The notes: generated by a model from the sequence alone, not told the origin. Shown: positions 52,021 to 60,059, counted from the stretch's first letter. The stretch: 64,000 nt of DNA from a virus (IMGVR_UViG_3300012346_000137:48731-112730), one strand, 5' to 3'. Made by a program: numbers and translations.

Positions 52021-52034
52021 GTTCCACGTGGAAC
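52021..52034. promoter_or_regulatory. second copy of palindromic operator-like site GTTCCACGTGGAAC
   Basis: 14-bp perfect palindrome ~115 nt upstream of the 52151 gene. It differs from the 51378 copy only at the central pair. Confidence 0.5.
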
Positions 52035-52150
52035 ATATTTATATAGATGTGAATAGTGATGTATAACCATTCTTCCCTTATTGTGTACAATTAACCAAAT
52101 CAAATAATCAGCTATATACAACAATATATATAGCAATAAATAACAATTAT

Positions 52151-52414
52151 ATGTATATAATCATTAACAGAACAAAAAATGAGAGATACACTCATGAAGG
52201 TTTCTTTCCTAATCTAGATGATATGCTTAATCAGGGAGATGACCTTATAGTTATTAGTCTATATAGTAACACTATTAAGATTCCTCAATTAGAGGTTATT
52301 AATGGTCTTAATGAGTGGAGCTTTAAAGACTATTCTCTTGCTTTAGATATCATTGTTCCTAATATGCTGACAAAAGCAGACTATTGGGATGGTGATAATT
52401 CTTTAAGTGAATAA
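52151..52414 (+). CDS. early hypothetical protein (87 aa)
   Basis: ORF with a CAATTATATG start context, which is shared with the 52754 gene. Confidence 0.45.
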   Translation: MYIIINRTKNERYTHEGFFPNLDDMLNQGDDLIVISLYSNTIKIPQLEVINGLNEWSFKDYSLALDIIVPNMLTKADYWDGDNSLSE

Positions 52415-52457
52415 TATACATCTCCTGGGACATAATAATCGTCAACTGTAGTAAACA

Positions 52458-52649
52458 ATGCACGTTTGGGTTATTATTGTCTACGAGATGTATATTTTTA
52501 TTAATGTATTAAATAGTAATTATATGTATTGGAACACACAACACAATATATTCTGTGACATTATATCTATTGGTGATACATTCATCACTATTGGTGCTAA
52601 TGGACATGAATATGTTTCTTCTATGCATTTTATGATATTGATAGGTTAG
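52458..52649 (+). CDS. hypothetical protein (63 aa)
   Basis: ORF. Low-complexity composition, weak call. Confidence 0.25.
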   Translation: MHVWVIIVYEMYIFINVLNSNYMYWNTQHNIFCDIISIGDTFITIGANGHEYVSSMHFMILIG

Positions 52650-52753
52650 TATATGACAATTAATATACTATTTATAGATTGTGGATAGAATATGGTTGAT
52701 CACCTAACGCAATCTAACTATCATATTTTATTAATATACCAAAAAACAATTAT

Positions 52754-52957
52754 ATGACAATATACATCAGAACACAACTAGAAGATGAATATGTAGTATC
52801 TATTACATCAGATATTGTTCCTAGAGTAGGAGAAAGAGTAACTGTTATAGATGAACATACTAATGATGTTAAAGATTATATAGTTAAGTCTGTTGATTAC
52901 ACTTATAACATTAGTAGGTTTAGTGAGTATCTACAGAGAATAACAATTTATGTATAA
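52754..52957 (+). CDS. early hypothetical protein (67 aa)
   Basis: ORF with an AACAATTATATG start context. Confidence 0.4.
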   Translation: MTIYIRTQLEDEYVVSITSDIVPRVGERVTVIDEHTNDVKDYIVKSVDYTYNISRFSEYLQRITIYV

Positions 52958-52981
52958 TGTACCATTTCTATTTCCCAATAT

Positions 52982-53097
52982 AGTGAGGTGGTGGAATTGG
53001 GAGACACTGTGGTAAACCTTTCGAGTATGTGTACAATACGACTTAAAAGAGAGAAAGTTAGACCACATTACTACAGGTTCGAATCCTGTCCTCACTA
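52982..53097 (+). tRNA. tRNA-like element, non-canonical length (116 nt) with ~50-nt insertion in anticodon region
   Basis: Perfect 7-bp acceptor stem (AGTGAGG 52982-52988 with CCTCACT 53090-53096) and discriminator A. T-arm ACAGG-TTCGAAT-CCTGT (53073-53089). U8; D-loop with A14, A15, G18, G19. 5-bp anticodon-stem-like helix (53008-53012 with 53063-53067). The helix is separated by ~50 nt that fold into a further helix and a distal 7-nt loop, GUGUACA. CCA is not encoded. Confidence 0.45.
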
Positions 53098-53263
53098 CAT
53101 GTCTTATTATATACAATATTACACCTTATATTCTTAGGAATATAGAAACGAGCTCCAATATGATGGAGTGTGTATAATACACACATTATATAATAAGACT
53201 TTTTAAATTTATTGTTTTTCCTCGTTTAGATAAACAAAGACAGGAAGAGTGCCCTCAATCCTG

Positions 53264-53292
53264 GGAGAGAGCCACGTATAAGAGCTCTCTCC
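53264..53292 (+). other. stable 9-bp hairpin (GGAGAGAGC...GCTCTCTCC)
   Basis: Perfect 9-bp inverted repeat with an 11-nt loop. No U-tract follows, so it may be a processing or stability element downstream of the tRNA-like RNA. Confidence 0.35.
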
Positions 53293-53388
53293 AAACAAAA
53301 GGGGATTTAACATGTTGCATTATGAGACACAACAGAATATACCAGCCTAGGCAACATATGGCTGTATATTCGCTTTTAAACACACATT

Positions 53389-53607
53389 ATGAAACCAATT
53401 AAACACCTTATCAACATTATGTTCCTATGGAGCATACCATTCATTCTATTAGGATTCTTCCTATTAGTTACAGGATTCTCTTTCAGCTATAGAGCAGCAG
53501 TATGTTCTGATCTATGGATTAGCGTTAATTTCTTCTATTGTCTGGGTTCAGTTATACTTTACACGTTCAGTGTAGGAGAAACTGATGAGATGTCAATATT
53601 AAAATAA
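53389..53607 (+). CDS. small membrane protein (72 aa, two TM helices)
   Basis: Hydrophobic profile. Confidence 0.4.
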   Translation: MKPIKHLINIMFLWSIPFILLGFFLLVTGFSFSYRAAVCSDLWISVNFFYCLGSVILYTFSVGETDEMSILK

Positions 53608-53749
53608 TTAATATGAATGAATTACCAAGTTGGATAACAACACAATATTAGAGCAACCAAGAGATCGTTAAACCAGGTCTCTAATTTGCATTTCATCGCC
53701 CTGCATGTCTATGTGGGGCTCTTTTTATTAACGCAATATATATAGCATT

Positions 53750-53953
53750 ATGTCAGAATCCTACATATCTATGGATATTGTCATAGATAGAATCAACAAC
53801 CATCCTGATGTCAAAAGCACAGCTAAAGCACATGCTATGCTAATAGCATTAGGTAATAAACAAGACCTTGTACGTAAACCAAGAACACATATTATTAAAT
53901 CTAAAAAAAGAAATTATGGACTTAAAAACAACATTATTGTTAAAAACAGCTGA
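53750..53953 (+). CDS. hypothetical protein (67 aa)
   Basis: ORF. Its 3' end overlaps the next ORF. Confidence 0.3.
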   Translation: MSESYISMDIVIDRINNHPDVKSTAKAHAMLIALGNKQDLVRKPRTHIIKSKKRNYGLKNNIIVKNS

Positions 53954-54173
53954 GCTCACTCCAATTGAAGCACTTATTAACTCATTAGGTAGAGCTTGTG
54001 CTGATTACGATGAAGAACCAAATGAAGAGAATCAAGAGTATGTTATGTTTGTTTCTCAGATATTAATGGTTAAACGAGTTATGGACAAGAAAGGCTTCGA
54101 TTCCACAGATCTTGCAAAAGATCTTGAGAAGCATGAAAATATTATGAATTTGTTTAATACAACAAATAATTAA
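53916..54173 (+). CDS. hypothetical protein (86 aa from ATG 53916; track ORF starts 53868)
   Basis: The in-frame ATG at 53916 (MDLKTT...) minimises the overlap. A terminator follows at 54208. Confidence 0.4.
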   Translation: MDLKTTLLLKTAELTPIEALINSLGRACADYDEEPNEENQEYVMFVSQILMVKRVMDKKGFDSTDLAKDLEKHENIMNLFNTTNN

Positions 54174-54207
54174 AAACATTTATTGGTGGTTTAATAGATG
54201 TGTGTTA

Positions 54208-54239
54208 GGAGAGCCCTTAAGCAAGGCTCTCCATTTTTT
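54208..54239 (+). terminator. rho-independent terminator
   Basis: GGAGAGCC-(9 nt loop)-GGCTCTCC followed by ATTTTTTAAT. Confidence 0.6.
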
Positions 54240-54261
54240 AATCATTATAAATAACATTAAT

Positions 54262-54882
54262 ATGTTTATAGCAGCAAAACTAGTATTTGAGTCATACATA
54301 CCTGAAACATTAGAGAAAGGTATGTGGTTCAAACAACACGTAATGGACATTATATTTGGTAATGTCTACAAGTATGAGAAGATATTTGTGATACAAAAGG
54401 ACATTACACCAGACGAAACACCAGAGTTCTTACAACAGAATGGTTATCCTGTTAAACCTAGGATTGTATCAATCACAGCCAATCCTGATGATAAAGCAGA
54501 TGTATTGGCTACAGAGCATCAGATAGGTTGGTGGGATGATGGTCCACAGTCTGATGACCTTAGAGATATAGAACTCAAAGATATTAATCTAGTGCTATCA
54601 GAATACGATGGTGAATTAGATATTGAAGTGAGTCTATCCACTATCGATGGTGAAGAACACCTTACACCAGTATTATTCATGGACAAAGTTACATTATGTG
54701 AATTAGATGCATATGCTGACCAAGAAGAAGATGAAGAAGACTTGGATCATATGGATGATTTAACTGATGATGACGATGATTATGATGATGAGGATGAACC
54801 TTCTGATGATGACACAATGAATGGTTATAATCGTGAAGGTGGTATTTCATTTGGTAACGATTCTACTTGGCAAGGTAGATAA
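54262..54882 (+). CDS. highly acidic early protein (206 aa from ATG 54262); DNA-mimic / anti-restriction candidate
   Basis: The track ORF starts at a GTG (54202) that lies inside the terminator hairpin, so ATG 54262 (MFIAAKL...) is the more likely start. The C-terminal 60 aa are almost entirely D/E (DQEEDEEDLDHMDDLTDDDDDYDDEDEPSDDD). Confidence 0.5.
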   Translation: MFIAAKLVFESYIPETLEKGMWFKQHVMDIIFGNVYKYEKIFVIQKDITPDETPEFLQQNGYPVKPRIVSITANPDDKADVLATEHQIGWWDDGPQSDDLRDIELKDINLVLSEYDGELDIEVSLSTIDGEEHLTPVLFMDKVTLCELDAYADQEEDEEDLDHMDDLTDDDDDYDDEDEPSDDDTMNGYNREGGISFGNDSTWQGR

Positions 54883-54895
54883 TAAAACAATCAAT

Positions 54896-55042
54896 ATGGC
54901 TTACTCAACATGCTGTGGAGCACACACCAACTTTACTGAATTAGGTATATGTCCTGATTGCTTAGAACATTGCGATTGGGAAGATGATATGGATGAACAT
55001 TCACATGAAGTTATAGTGGATGCAGACCATAACACAGAATAA
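54896..55042 (+). CDS. small Cys-rich protein (48 aa; within track ORF 54821..55042)
   Basis: MAYSTCCGAHTNFTELGICPDCLEHCDWEDD... starts 11 nt after the stop of the previous gene. Confidence 0.35.
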   Translation: MAYSTCCGAHTNFTELGICPDCLEHCDWEDDMDEHSHEVIVDADHNTE

Positions 55043-55076
55043 CTAATTTAATTATTAATCTCTAACCAATTTAATT

Positions 55077-55394
55077 ATGATATTAAATAAACAACAACGT
55101 AAACAGTTCTATGAAGAGCTATTAGATGTAGTGTGTAAAGATGACTCTGTAAGTGCAGGGTTTTGTTATTACATAAAATGGGAAGTGCTTGAAGAGAGAC
55201 CTAAATATAAAAAGCTATTAAACCTATACAATCTACGTTATAATAGCCTAGAAGACTTTTTACGTGATGAGCTACCTGAATTATATGACATTAAACCAAA
55301 CAGATCATATGATAGGTTTTATTGGTATGCAACCAGTAGAAAAGGATGGGCAACACGTATTAACAAATTGTATAACATTATTCAATCAATGTAA
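55077..55394 (+). CDS. hypothetical protein (105 aa)
   Basis: ORF. Confidence 0.45.
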   Translation: MILNKQQRKQFYEELLDVVCKDDSVSAGFCYYIKWEVLEERPKYKKLLNLYNLRYNSLEDFLRDELPELYDIKPNRSYDRFYWYATSRKGWATRINKLYNIIQSM

Positions 55395-55395
55395 C

Positions 55396-55581
55396 ATGGA
55401 GAACATTTCACACACAGTGTATCCAGATCAACAATTATCATTTGACGAATGGGCTAAAGAAACTAAAGCCTCTTCAGCATATGTAGACAGAACACCTGTA
55501 CACAATGCTAACAAGATGAATAAAGAATATGATGAGGATAGATTAAACAAATATTTTAAGCAACTAATGCTAACAGTTTAA
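55396..55581 (+). CDS. hypothetical protein (61 aa from ATG 55396; track ORF 55264..55581)
   Basis: The internal ATG sits right after the upstream stop codon. The extended form would overlap by 130 nt. Confidence 0.35.
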   Translation: MENISHTVYPDQQLSFDEWAKETKASSAYVDRTPVHNANKMNKEYDEDRLNKYFKQLMLTV

Positions 55582-55594
55582 AAATCAATCAATT

Positions 55595-55804
55595 ATGTCA
55601 CACACATTAATTTACAGTGCAAAACCAAGCACAGGTGTTCTAGTTTATGAACACACACCAGTAGTCGATTTAGCAGTTAATAAGTTTATTAACGCTATAT
55701 TCAGACAGAAAAAAGCTCAAGCTCGTTTACAGTTCAAAGATGGTAAGTATTTCTATTCACCATCAAGTGAATACATTTTAAGAGTTAAATCTATTGTAAA
55801 ATGA
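55595..55804 (+). CDS. hypothetical protein (69 aa)
   Basis: ORF. Confidence 0.4.
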   Translation: MSHTLIYSAKPSTGVLVYEHTPVVDLAVNKFINAIFRQKKAQARLQFKDGKYFYSPSSEYILRVKSIVK

Positions 55805-56214
55805 GTGTAATACTATTACGCACGCTGACTAAGAAATCCCTTATTGCTGATGGAAAGAATAAGGGATTATTAGTTGGTGATGTATTAATGAGATGTAAAA
55901 CAGATCTTCTTTACGCTTATTTTAACTATGCTAACTTATCATTCACAGAGGATATACTAGATGAACTACGTATCTCTGCTGAAGATAGAATAGCTAAACC
56001 AGGCAAAGATCCTGATAAGTTTATTCATTATAGAAATAGAAATCTATACACAGCAGCTAAAATAGTAGGTAAAACCAAAGATCATGTTGCTACATTAAGT
56101 GTAATGACCAAAAGAAGAAAAGCTAAAGCTAAGGCTAATTTGGTAGCTTACACTAAAAGAAGTAGTTTAGCGTTCAGTAAGAGTGCTATGCAAAGATTTA
56201 ATCATGGACACTAA
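55801..56214 (+). CDS. hypothetical protein with basic C-terminus (137 aa)
   Basis: ORF with ATGA overlap to the upstream gene. Ends with a KRRKAKAKANL tail. Confidence 0.45.
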   Translation: MSVILLRTLTKKSLIADGKNKGLLVGDVLMRCKTDLLYAYFNYANLSFTEDILDELRISAEDRIAKPGKDPDKFIHYRNRNLYTAAKIVGKTKDHVATLSVMTKRRKAKAKANLVAYTKRSSLAFSKSAMQRFNHGH

Positions 56215-56223
56215 ATACTATTT

Positions 56224-56427
56224 ATGAGCAAGTATGAACTTAAACAAGTGACTCTTCTAGAAATAGAAGTGGAAACACAAAGAGAAATCATTAAACAGCT
56301 TAGAGAAACAATAAAATACCAAGAGAACGTAATTAAATTGCAAGAAGAAGCTGCAGAACGACACAGCAAACTTGTAAGTGGTTTATTAGTTGATCTCTCA
56401 AGCTTATTAGGTGATGTATCAAAATAA
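56224..56427 (+). CDS. small coiled-coil protein (67 aa)
   Basis: ORF. Confidence 0.4.
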   Translation: MSKYELKQVTLLEIEVETQREIIKQLRETIKYQENVIKLQEEAAERHSKLVSGLLVDLSSLLGDVSK

Positions 56428-56540
56428 ATTAATCAAAATATGCAATATATTTCCAATTGTTTAATGTTTGGTGCCCCCAATTCACTAAATGTTAAACAAA
56501 AGGAAATATATTTATAAAAACATGCATTAAATTACACATT

Positions 56541-56765
56541 ATGAGATGGGAAATAAAAAACAATTCACCTAAAATAGGTGATGTTAGATTTAAAACTAAA
56601 TTTGCTTGGTTACCAACACAAGTTCTTAGCAAACTAACTATGACTGATCATATGATATGGTTAGAACTATATATTGAAGAACAAGAATATCAAAGACGTC
56701 AAACTTACGAGGGTTATGACTGGATTGAAGATTGGTACACTGTAGCTAAAACAATACACATATGA
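56541..56765 (+). CDS. hypothetical protein (74 aa)
   Basis: ORF with an ACACATTATG start context. Confidence 0.4.
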   Translation: MRWEIKNNSPKIGDVRFKTKFAWLPTQVLSKLTMTDHMIWLELYIEEQEYQRRQTYEGYDWIEDWYTVAKTIHI

Positions 56766-57853
56766 GTAACAAATTTAACGTAGGTGATATGGTTATAATG
56801 ACCAGAAAACCAACAAATGATGATTGGGCAGGTATTGGTGAGGTGGATATACCACCTGAATATTATACAATACCACAAAGAATAGTTGAAATAACTCAAT
56901 CTAGATCTATAGTACTAGCAAGTAATATATATAGTTATCCAGCATGTTGTTTTGAATTAGCTTCTACAGCAACTAATAGAACTAAAGCTAAGGCATGCGA
57001 TTACATAGTAATATTAAAAGGACATGGAAACTCTGACCTAGAATACAAAACATTTTATGTAGTGAGTGTAACAGATGGAGGACACTTTGAATTAGCTGAA
57101 CCAGGTAAGGGTCCAGACCCAACTATACGTTGGGCATGTTCAGATCCTAGCTGTTATAAAATAAAACATCCATCAGAAGTTGTTGTAGAACATAAAGAAA
57201 AAGAGTATTCAGACATAGGCATGAGTAATTACGAACCAACACCTAGAGAGTTTAGAGTGGGTGATAGAGTAAGAGTAATTGAAGATGATCACTTCTTTCA
57301 TGTAGGACATGTAGCTGTAGTACAAGAAAAAACTAGTGAAGGTGTACGATTAGGTAAAACCAATGGTGAAACATGGTGGATTGCTAATCATAAAATACAG
57401 CACGCTGATGAATATCCTAGAGTAGAACAATCTATTGTATATAATGTAGGAGATACAGTGATAGGACTTCCATCAGCTGATAGACATTATGCTATGACTG
57501 GACAAGGATGGGAAGGAGTTATCAAAAGAATTTACCAAGATGGTAAGCATTTTGATGCAGTTAGTGTAGCAACTGGTGATATATATCATACTCTTGAACT
57601 TCAACACTTTACATTAAAAGCTTCAAAATCAGAAGGTCTTAGATATAAGATAGATTTACCAGCATTTGACAGAACAAAATTAGAAGAACAATATTTTAAA
57701 ACCAAAAACCAACAAAATGGCACAGAAAACCAACAAAGCGTTAAGCTACAAGGAGTTAATCTCAAAATCAGAGAAGGAAATCCTATTAGAGGAATTAGAC
57801 TTAAAAGTTCAGGAAGCAAAATCAAGCTTGGAAGTAACTATCGCTACTACTAA
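56762..57853 (+). CDS. protein with three tandem ~100-aa repeats each beginning xVGDxV (363 aa)
   Basis: Repeats begin FNVGDMVIM..., FRVGDRVRVIEDDHFFHVGHVAVV... and YNVGDTVIGLPSADRHY... They may be KOW/SH3-like small beta-barrel units. The C-terminal ~45 aa are low-complexity and overlap the next ORF. Confidence 0.45.
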   Translation: MSNKFNVGDMVIMTRKPTNDDWAGIGEVDIPPEYYTIPQRIVEITQSRSIVLASNIYSYPACCFELASTATNRTKAKACDYIVILKGHGNSDLEYKTFYVVSVTDGGHFELAEPGKGPDPTIRWACSDPSCYKIKHPSEVVVEHKEKEYSDIGMSNYEPTPREFRVGDRVRVIEDDHFFHVGHVAVVQEKTSEGVRLGKTNGETWWIANHKIQHADEYPRVEQSIVYNVGDTVIGLPSADRHYAMTGQGWEGVIKRIYQDGKHFDAVSVATGDIYHTLELQHFTLKASKSEGLRYKIDLPAFDRTKLEEQYFKTKNQQNGTENQQSVKLQGVNLKIREGNPIRGIRLKSSGSKIKLGSNYRYY

Positions 57854-58004
57854 GCGTGACTTAGCTCAAGCTAAACAAACTTTATCTCGCTACCAAGCAG
57901 CTATTCCATACAATGTGAAAGCTGAGATGGAAGCTCATGAAGAAGTGTTAGCATTAGAAGCTGGCTTAGCATTTGCTGAGAAAGTTTTGGCTGAAAGATT
58001 CTAA
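57717..58004 (+). CDS. coiled-coil protein (95 aa)
   Basis: Helical heptad-like sequence. Overlaps the previous ORF by 137 nt in another frame. Confidence 0.4.
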   Translation: MAQKTNKALSYKELISKSEKEILLEELDLKVQEAKSSLEVTIATTKRDLAQAKQTLSRYQAAIPYNVKAEMEAHEEVLALEAGLAFAEKVLAERF

Positions 58005-58063
58005 TTATTTATCTTTGTATAGCTAGATGTAACAGTCTAGCTATACATTTTAAAACAAACAAC

Positions 58064-58399
58064 ATGTCACTTAAAGAAAAACCAAAAGACTTCAAGTTTG
58101 AAGAAAACAGATTTTTATTAAACGTTGAAGCAAAAGGTAAAGAAGATGGTCAAACCATCAGTTCAACATTATCTACAGATATTCATTGTGAAGGTGACTT
58201 CGCAAAATCTGTAATACATAATCTCTTTGATAAAGACCCTGTTATGGAAGAATTATTCAAAGATGTAATTATGGAACGTAGTTTAGTTAATTTATTTAGT
58301 GGCAATGATGAAGATGACACCAGTGAAAAAGGTCTTGCTTCTTTAGTTAGAAAATTAAAGAGGACTGTAGTATCAGCAGATGGTGATTCAGAAAATTAA
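58064..58399 (+). CDS. hypothetical protein (111 aa)
   Basis: ORF. Confidence 0.45.
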   Translation: MSLKEKPKDFKFEENRFLLNVEAKGKEDGQTISSTLSTDIHCEGDFAKSVIHNLFDKDPVMEELFKDVIMERSLVNLFSGNDEDDTSEKGLASLVRKLKRTVVSADGDSEN

Positions 58400-58429
58400 T
58401 ATACAAGCTAGGAGAAATCCTAGCTATAT

Positions 58430-58812
58430 GGGGGTGCTTTGGATTTGATCCATATGAGATGGATAGTATCACATGCAGGGCTGGTAGAGCCTAAACATTC
58501 TATCGAACAATAACTGTAGAATTATCTACAATGGACTTCGAAGGTCTTATGGCTTTCGTTGGTGGTGAGTTAGAGATAGCTGCATAATCTGTGGGTGGCA
58601 ACAACCCACATCCTTTAAAGAAAGTTGCACGAGTTTTCTCTGTTATGTCAAAACAGAGTGGTGGTAGATAGTAGAGACCCTACGATCCCAATCTACTGAT
58701 CAGATTTTAGATGAGCTTTGTAACTGGCTTATCATCTAAAGACAGATCTAAGCATGTAAGAATGGTATTATTTATACTTATGGAGACGAGGGTTCGACTC
58801 CCTCCACCTCCA
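58430..58812 (+). ncRNA. ssrA: transfer-messenger RNA (tmRNA, ssrA), phage-encoded
   Basis: The 5' end (GGGGGUGCUUUGGAUUUGAUCC) parallels E. coli GGGGCUGAUUCUGGAUUCGAC. The 3' end (GGAGACGAGGGUUCGACUCCCUCCACCUCCA) parallels GGACGCGGGUUCAACUCCCGCCAGCUCCA. The 7-bp acceptor stem has G32:U at position 3:70, the AlaRS identity element. T-arm GAGGG-TTCGACT-CCCTC. Helix 2a pairs TCCATA (58447-58452) with TATGGA (58779-58784). An internal tag ORF reads ...GLMAFVGGELEIAA-TAA (stop at 58585-58587), followed by a GTGGGT...ACCCAC helix. CCA is not encoded. Confidence 0.8.
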
Positions 58813-58874
58813 CGTCCACAAATAAATTTGGTCATCTCCACAAAATACCATATATTTGTATAAAATATAAACAT

Positions 58875-59375
58875 ATGAGAAAAAGGAAGATGACCAATGT
58901 TATTTGTTATAACTGTGGTATAGAGTTTGATAAACCAGACTCTGAAGCAAAAAGAAACATAGAATTAGGTAGAAGAAACTTCTGTTCTAGATCTTGTGTT
59001 GGTAAAACAATGATAGGTAATGTATCAGGAGATAAAAGATATACAATTCCTCCTATTAGAACTAAAGACCAATACTCTGCATTTAGAGAGTTTATTAGAA
59101 GAGTTAAGAACAGACACCATGATTATAATATAGATATTGAGTATCTATATGAGTTATGGAATGCTCAAGAAGGCAAATGTGTATATACAGGCATACCTAT
59201 GGTTCTTCCAAATGGAAAACCAGGTAATATGTTAACTGCATCTCTTGATAGAATTGATTCATCATTAGGTTATGTAAAAGGAAATGTACAGTTTATTCTT
59301 ACACCTATTAACTATATGAAGAATACTATGACTCATGAACAAACAATTGAACTTATTAATTTAATTAAAACTTAG
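58875..59375 (+). CDS. HNH-family endonuclease with N-terminal CxxC zinc ribbon (166 aa)
   Basis: CYNCG...CSRSC zinc ribbon. The C-terminus (GKCVYTGIPMV...ASLDRIDSSLGYVKGNVQFI) matches the phage HNH (HNH_3-like) motif. Confidence 0.5.
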   Translation: MRKRKMTNVICYNCGIEFDKPDSEAKRNIELGRRNFCSRSCVGKTMIGNVSGDKRYTIPPIRTKDQYSAFREFIRRVKNRHHDYNIDIEYLYELWNAQEGKCVYTGIPMVLPNGKPGNMLTASLDRIDSSLGYVKGNVQFILTPINYMKNTMTHEQTIELINLIKT

Positions 59376-59377
59376 TT

Positions 59378-59560
59378 ATGAAATTAACAACAAAACAGAA
59401 AACATTTCTATCTGCTCTATCTATAGCAATAGGAGCAGCATTAGTATTTATTGCATTTGAATATGTCCCAAAAACAATGGGAAAGGTATTCTTAATCGTA
59501 TGGGCTTTTATTATAGTTAAATGGGTTAATGATTTAATCAAACATAATCAAAACAATTAG
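59378..59560 (+). CDS. small membrane protein (60 aa)
   Basis: One or two TM helices. Confidence 0.35.
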   Translation: MKLTTKQKTFLSALSIAIGAALVFIAFEYVPKTMGKVFLIVWAFIIVKWVNDLIKHNQNN

Positions 59561-59562
59561 TC

Positions 59563-59772
59563 ATGACACTAACATATGAATGGCAGAAATATGATGGTGA
59601 TTACCAAAAGAAAATACAAGACATTAAGTTAAAGAATGGAGATATAGTTCCATTCTGTTACCCTAATGCAGGCAAATGGAATTGCATGGATGAAAAGAGT
59701 TCATATTATGGTAAAGATATACATCACTTATCAGCAGAATTAGTTAGACTAAATAAAGATTGGGATAAATAA
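59563..59772 (+). CDS. hypothetical protein (69 aa)
   Basis: ORF. Confidence 0.4.
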   Translation: MTLTYEWQKYDGDYQKKIQDIKLKNGDIVPFCYPNAGKWNCMDEKSSYYGKDIHHLSAELVRLNKDWDK

Positions 59773-59788
59773 CCAAAACAAATAACCA

Positions 59789-60028
59789 ATGAAAACAGCA
59801 TTAGAGTTCTATGTTTCTTCTATTGAAGAATGTGAACAAAAATTTGAATTAGGGTTAATATCTTTTGAAGTTTTAAAAACAACAAAAAAATATTGGCTTG
59901 AGAAAGCTAAGGAAAAAGAAAAAGAGCAGATGTGTCAATTTGTATGGGATTATCATAATGAATTTTTAAATAATGGGGGAGTTATGTCAATAGAAGAATA
60001 CTACCACCAAACCTATAACCAACCATAG
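59789..60028 (+). CDS. hypothetical protein (79 aa)
   Basis: ORF. Confidence 0.4.
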   Translation: MKTALEFYVSSIEECEQKFELGLISFEVLKTTKKYWLEKAKEKEKEQMCQFVWDYHNEFLNNGGVMSIEEYYHQTYNQP

Positions 60029-60059
60029 ACATTTTGTCTACAATTAAAACAAATAACCT

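Noticed and set aside
53008-53067. Assigning a specific anticodon (for example GUA in the distal 7-nt loop) to the tRNA-like element
   Set aside because: No placement gives U33 and R37 simultaneously, so the identity cannot be supported from sequence alone.
54202-54261. GTG-initiated N-terminal extension of the acidic protein ORF
   Set aside because: The extension lies across a rho-independent terminator hairpin. The ATG at 54262 has the typical local start context.
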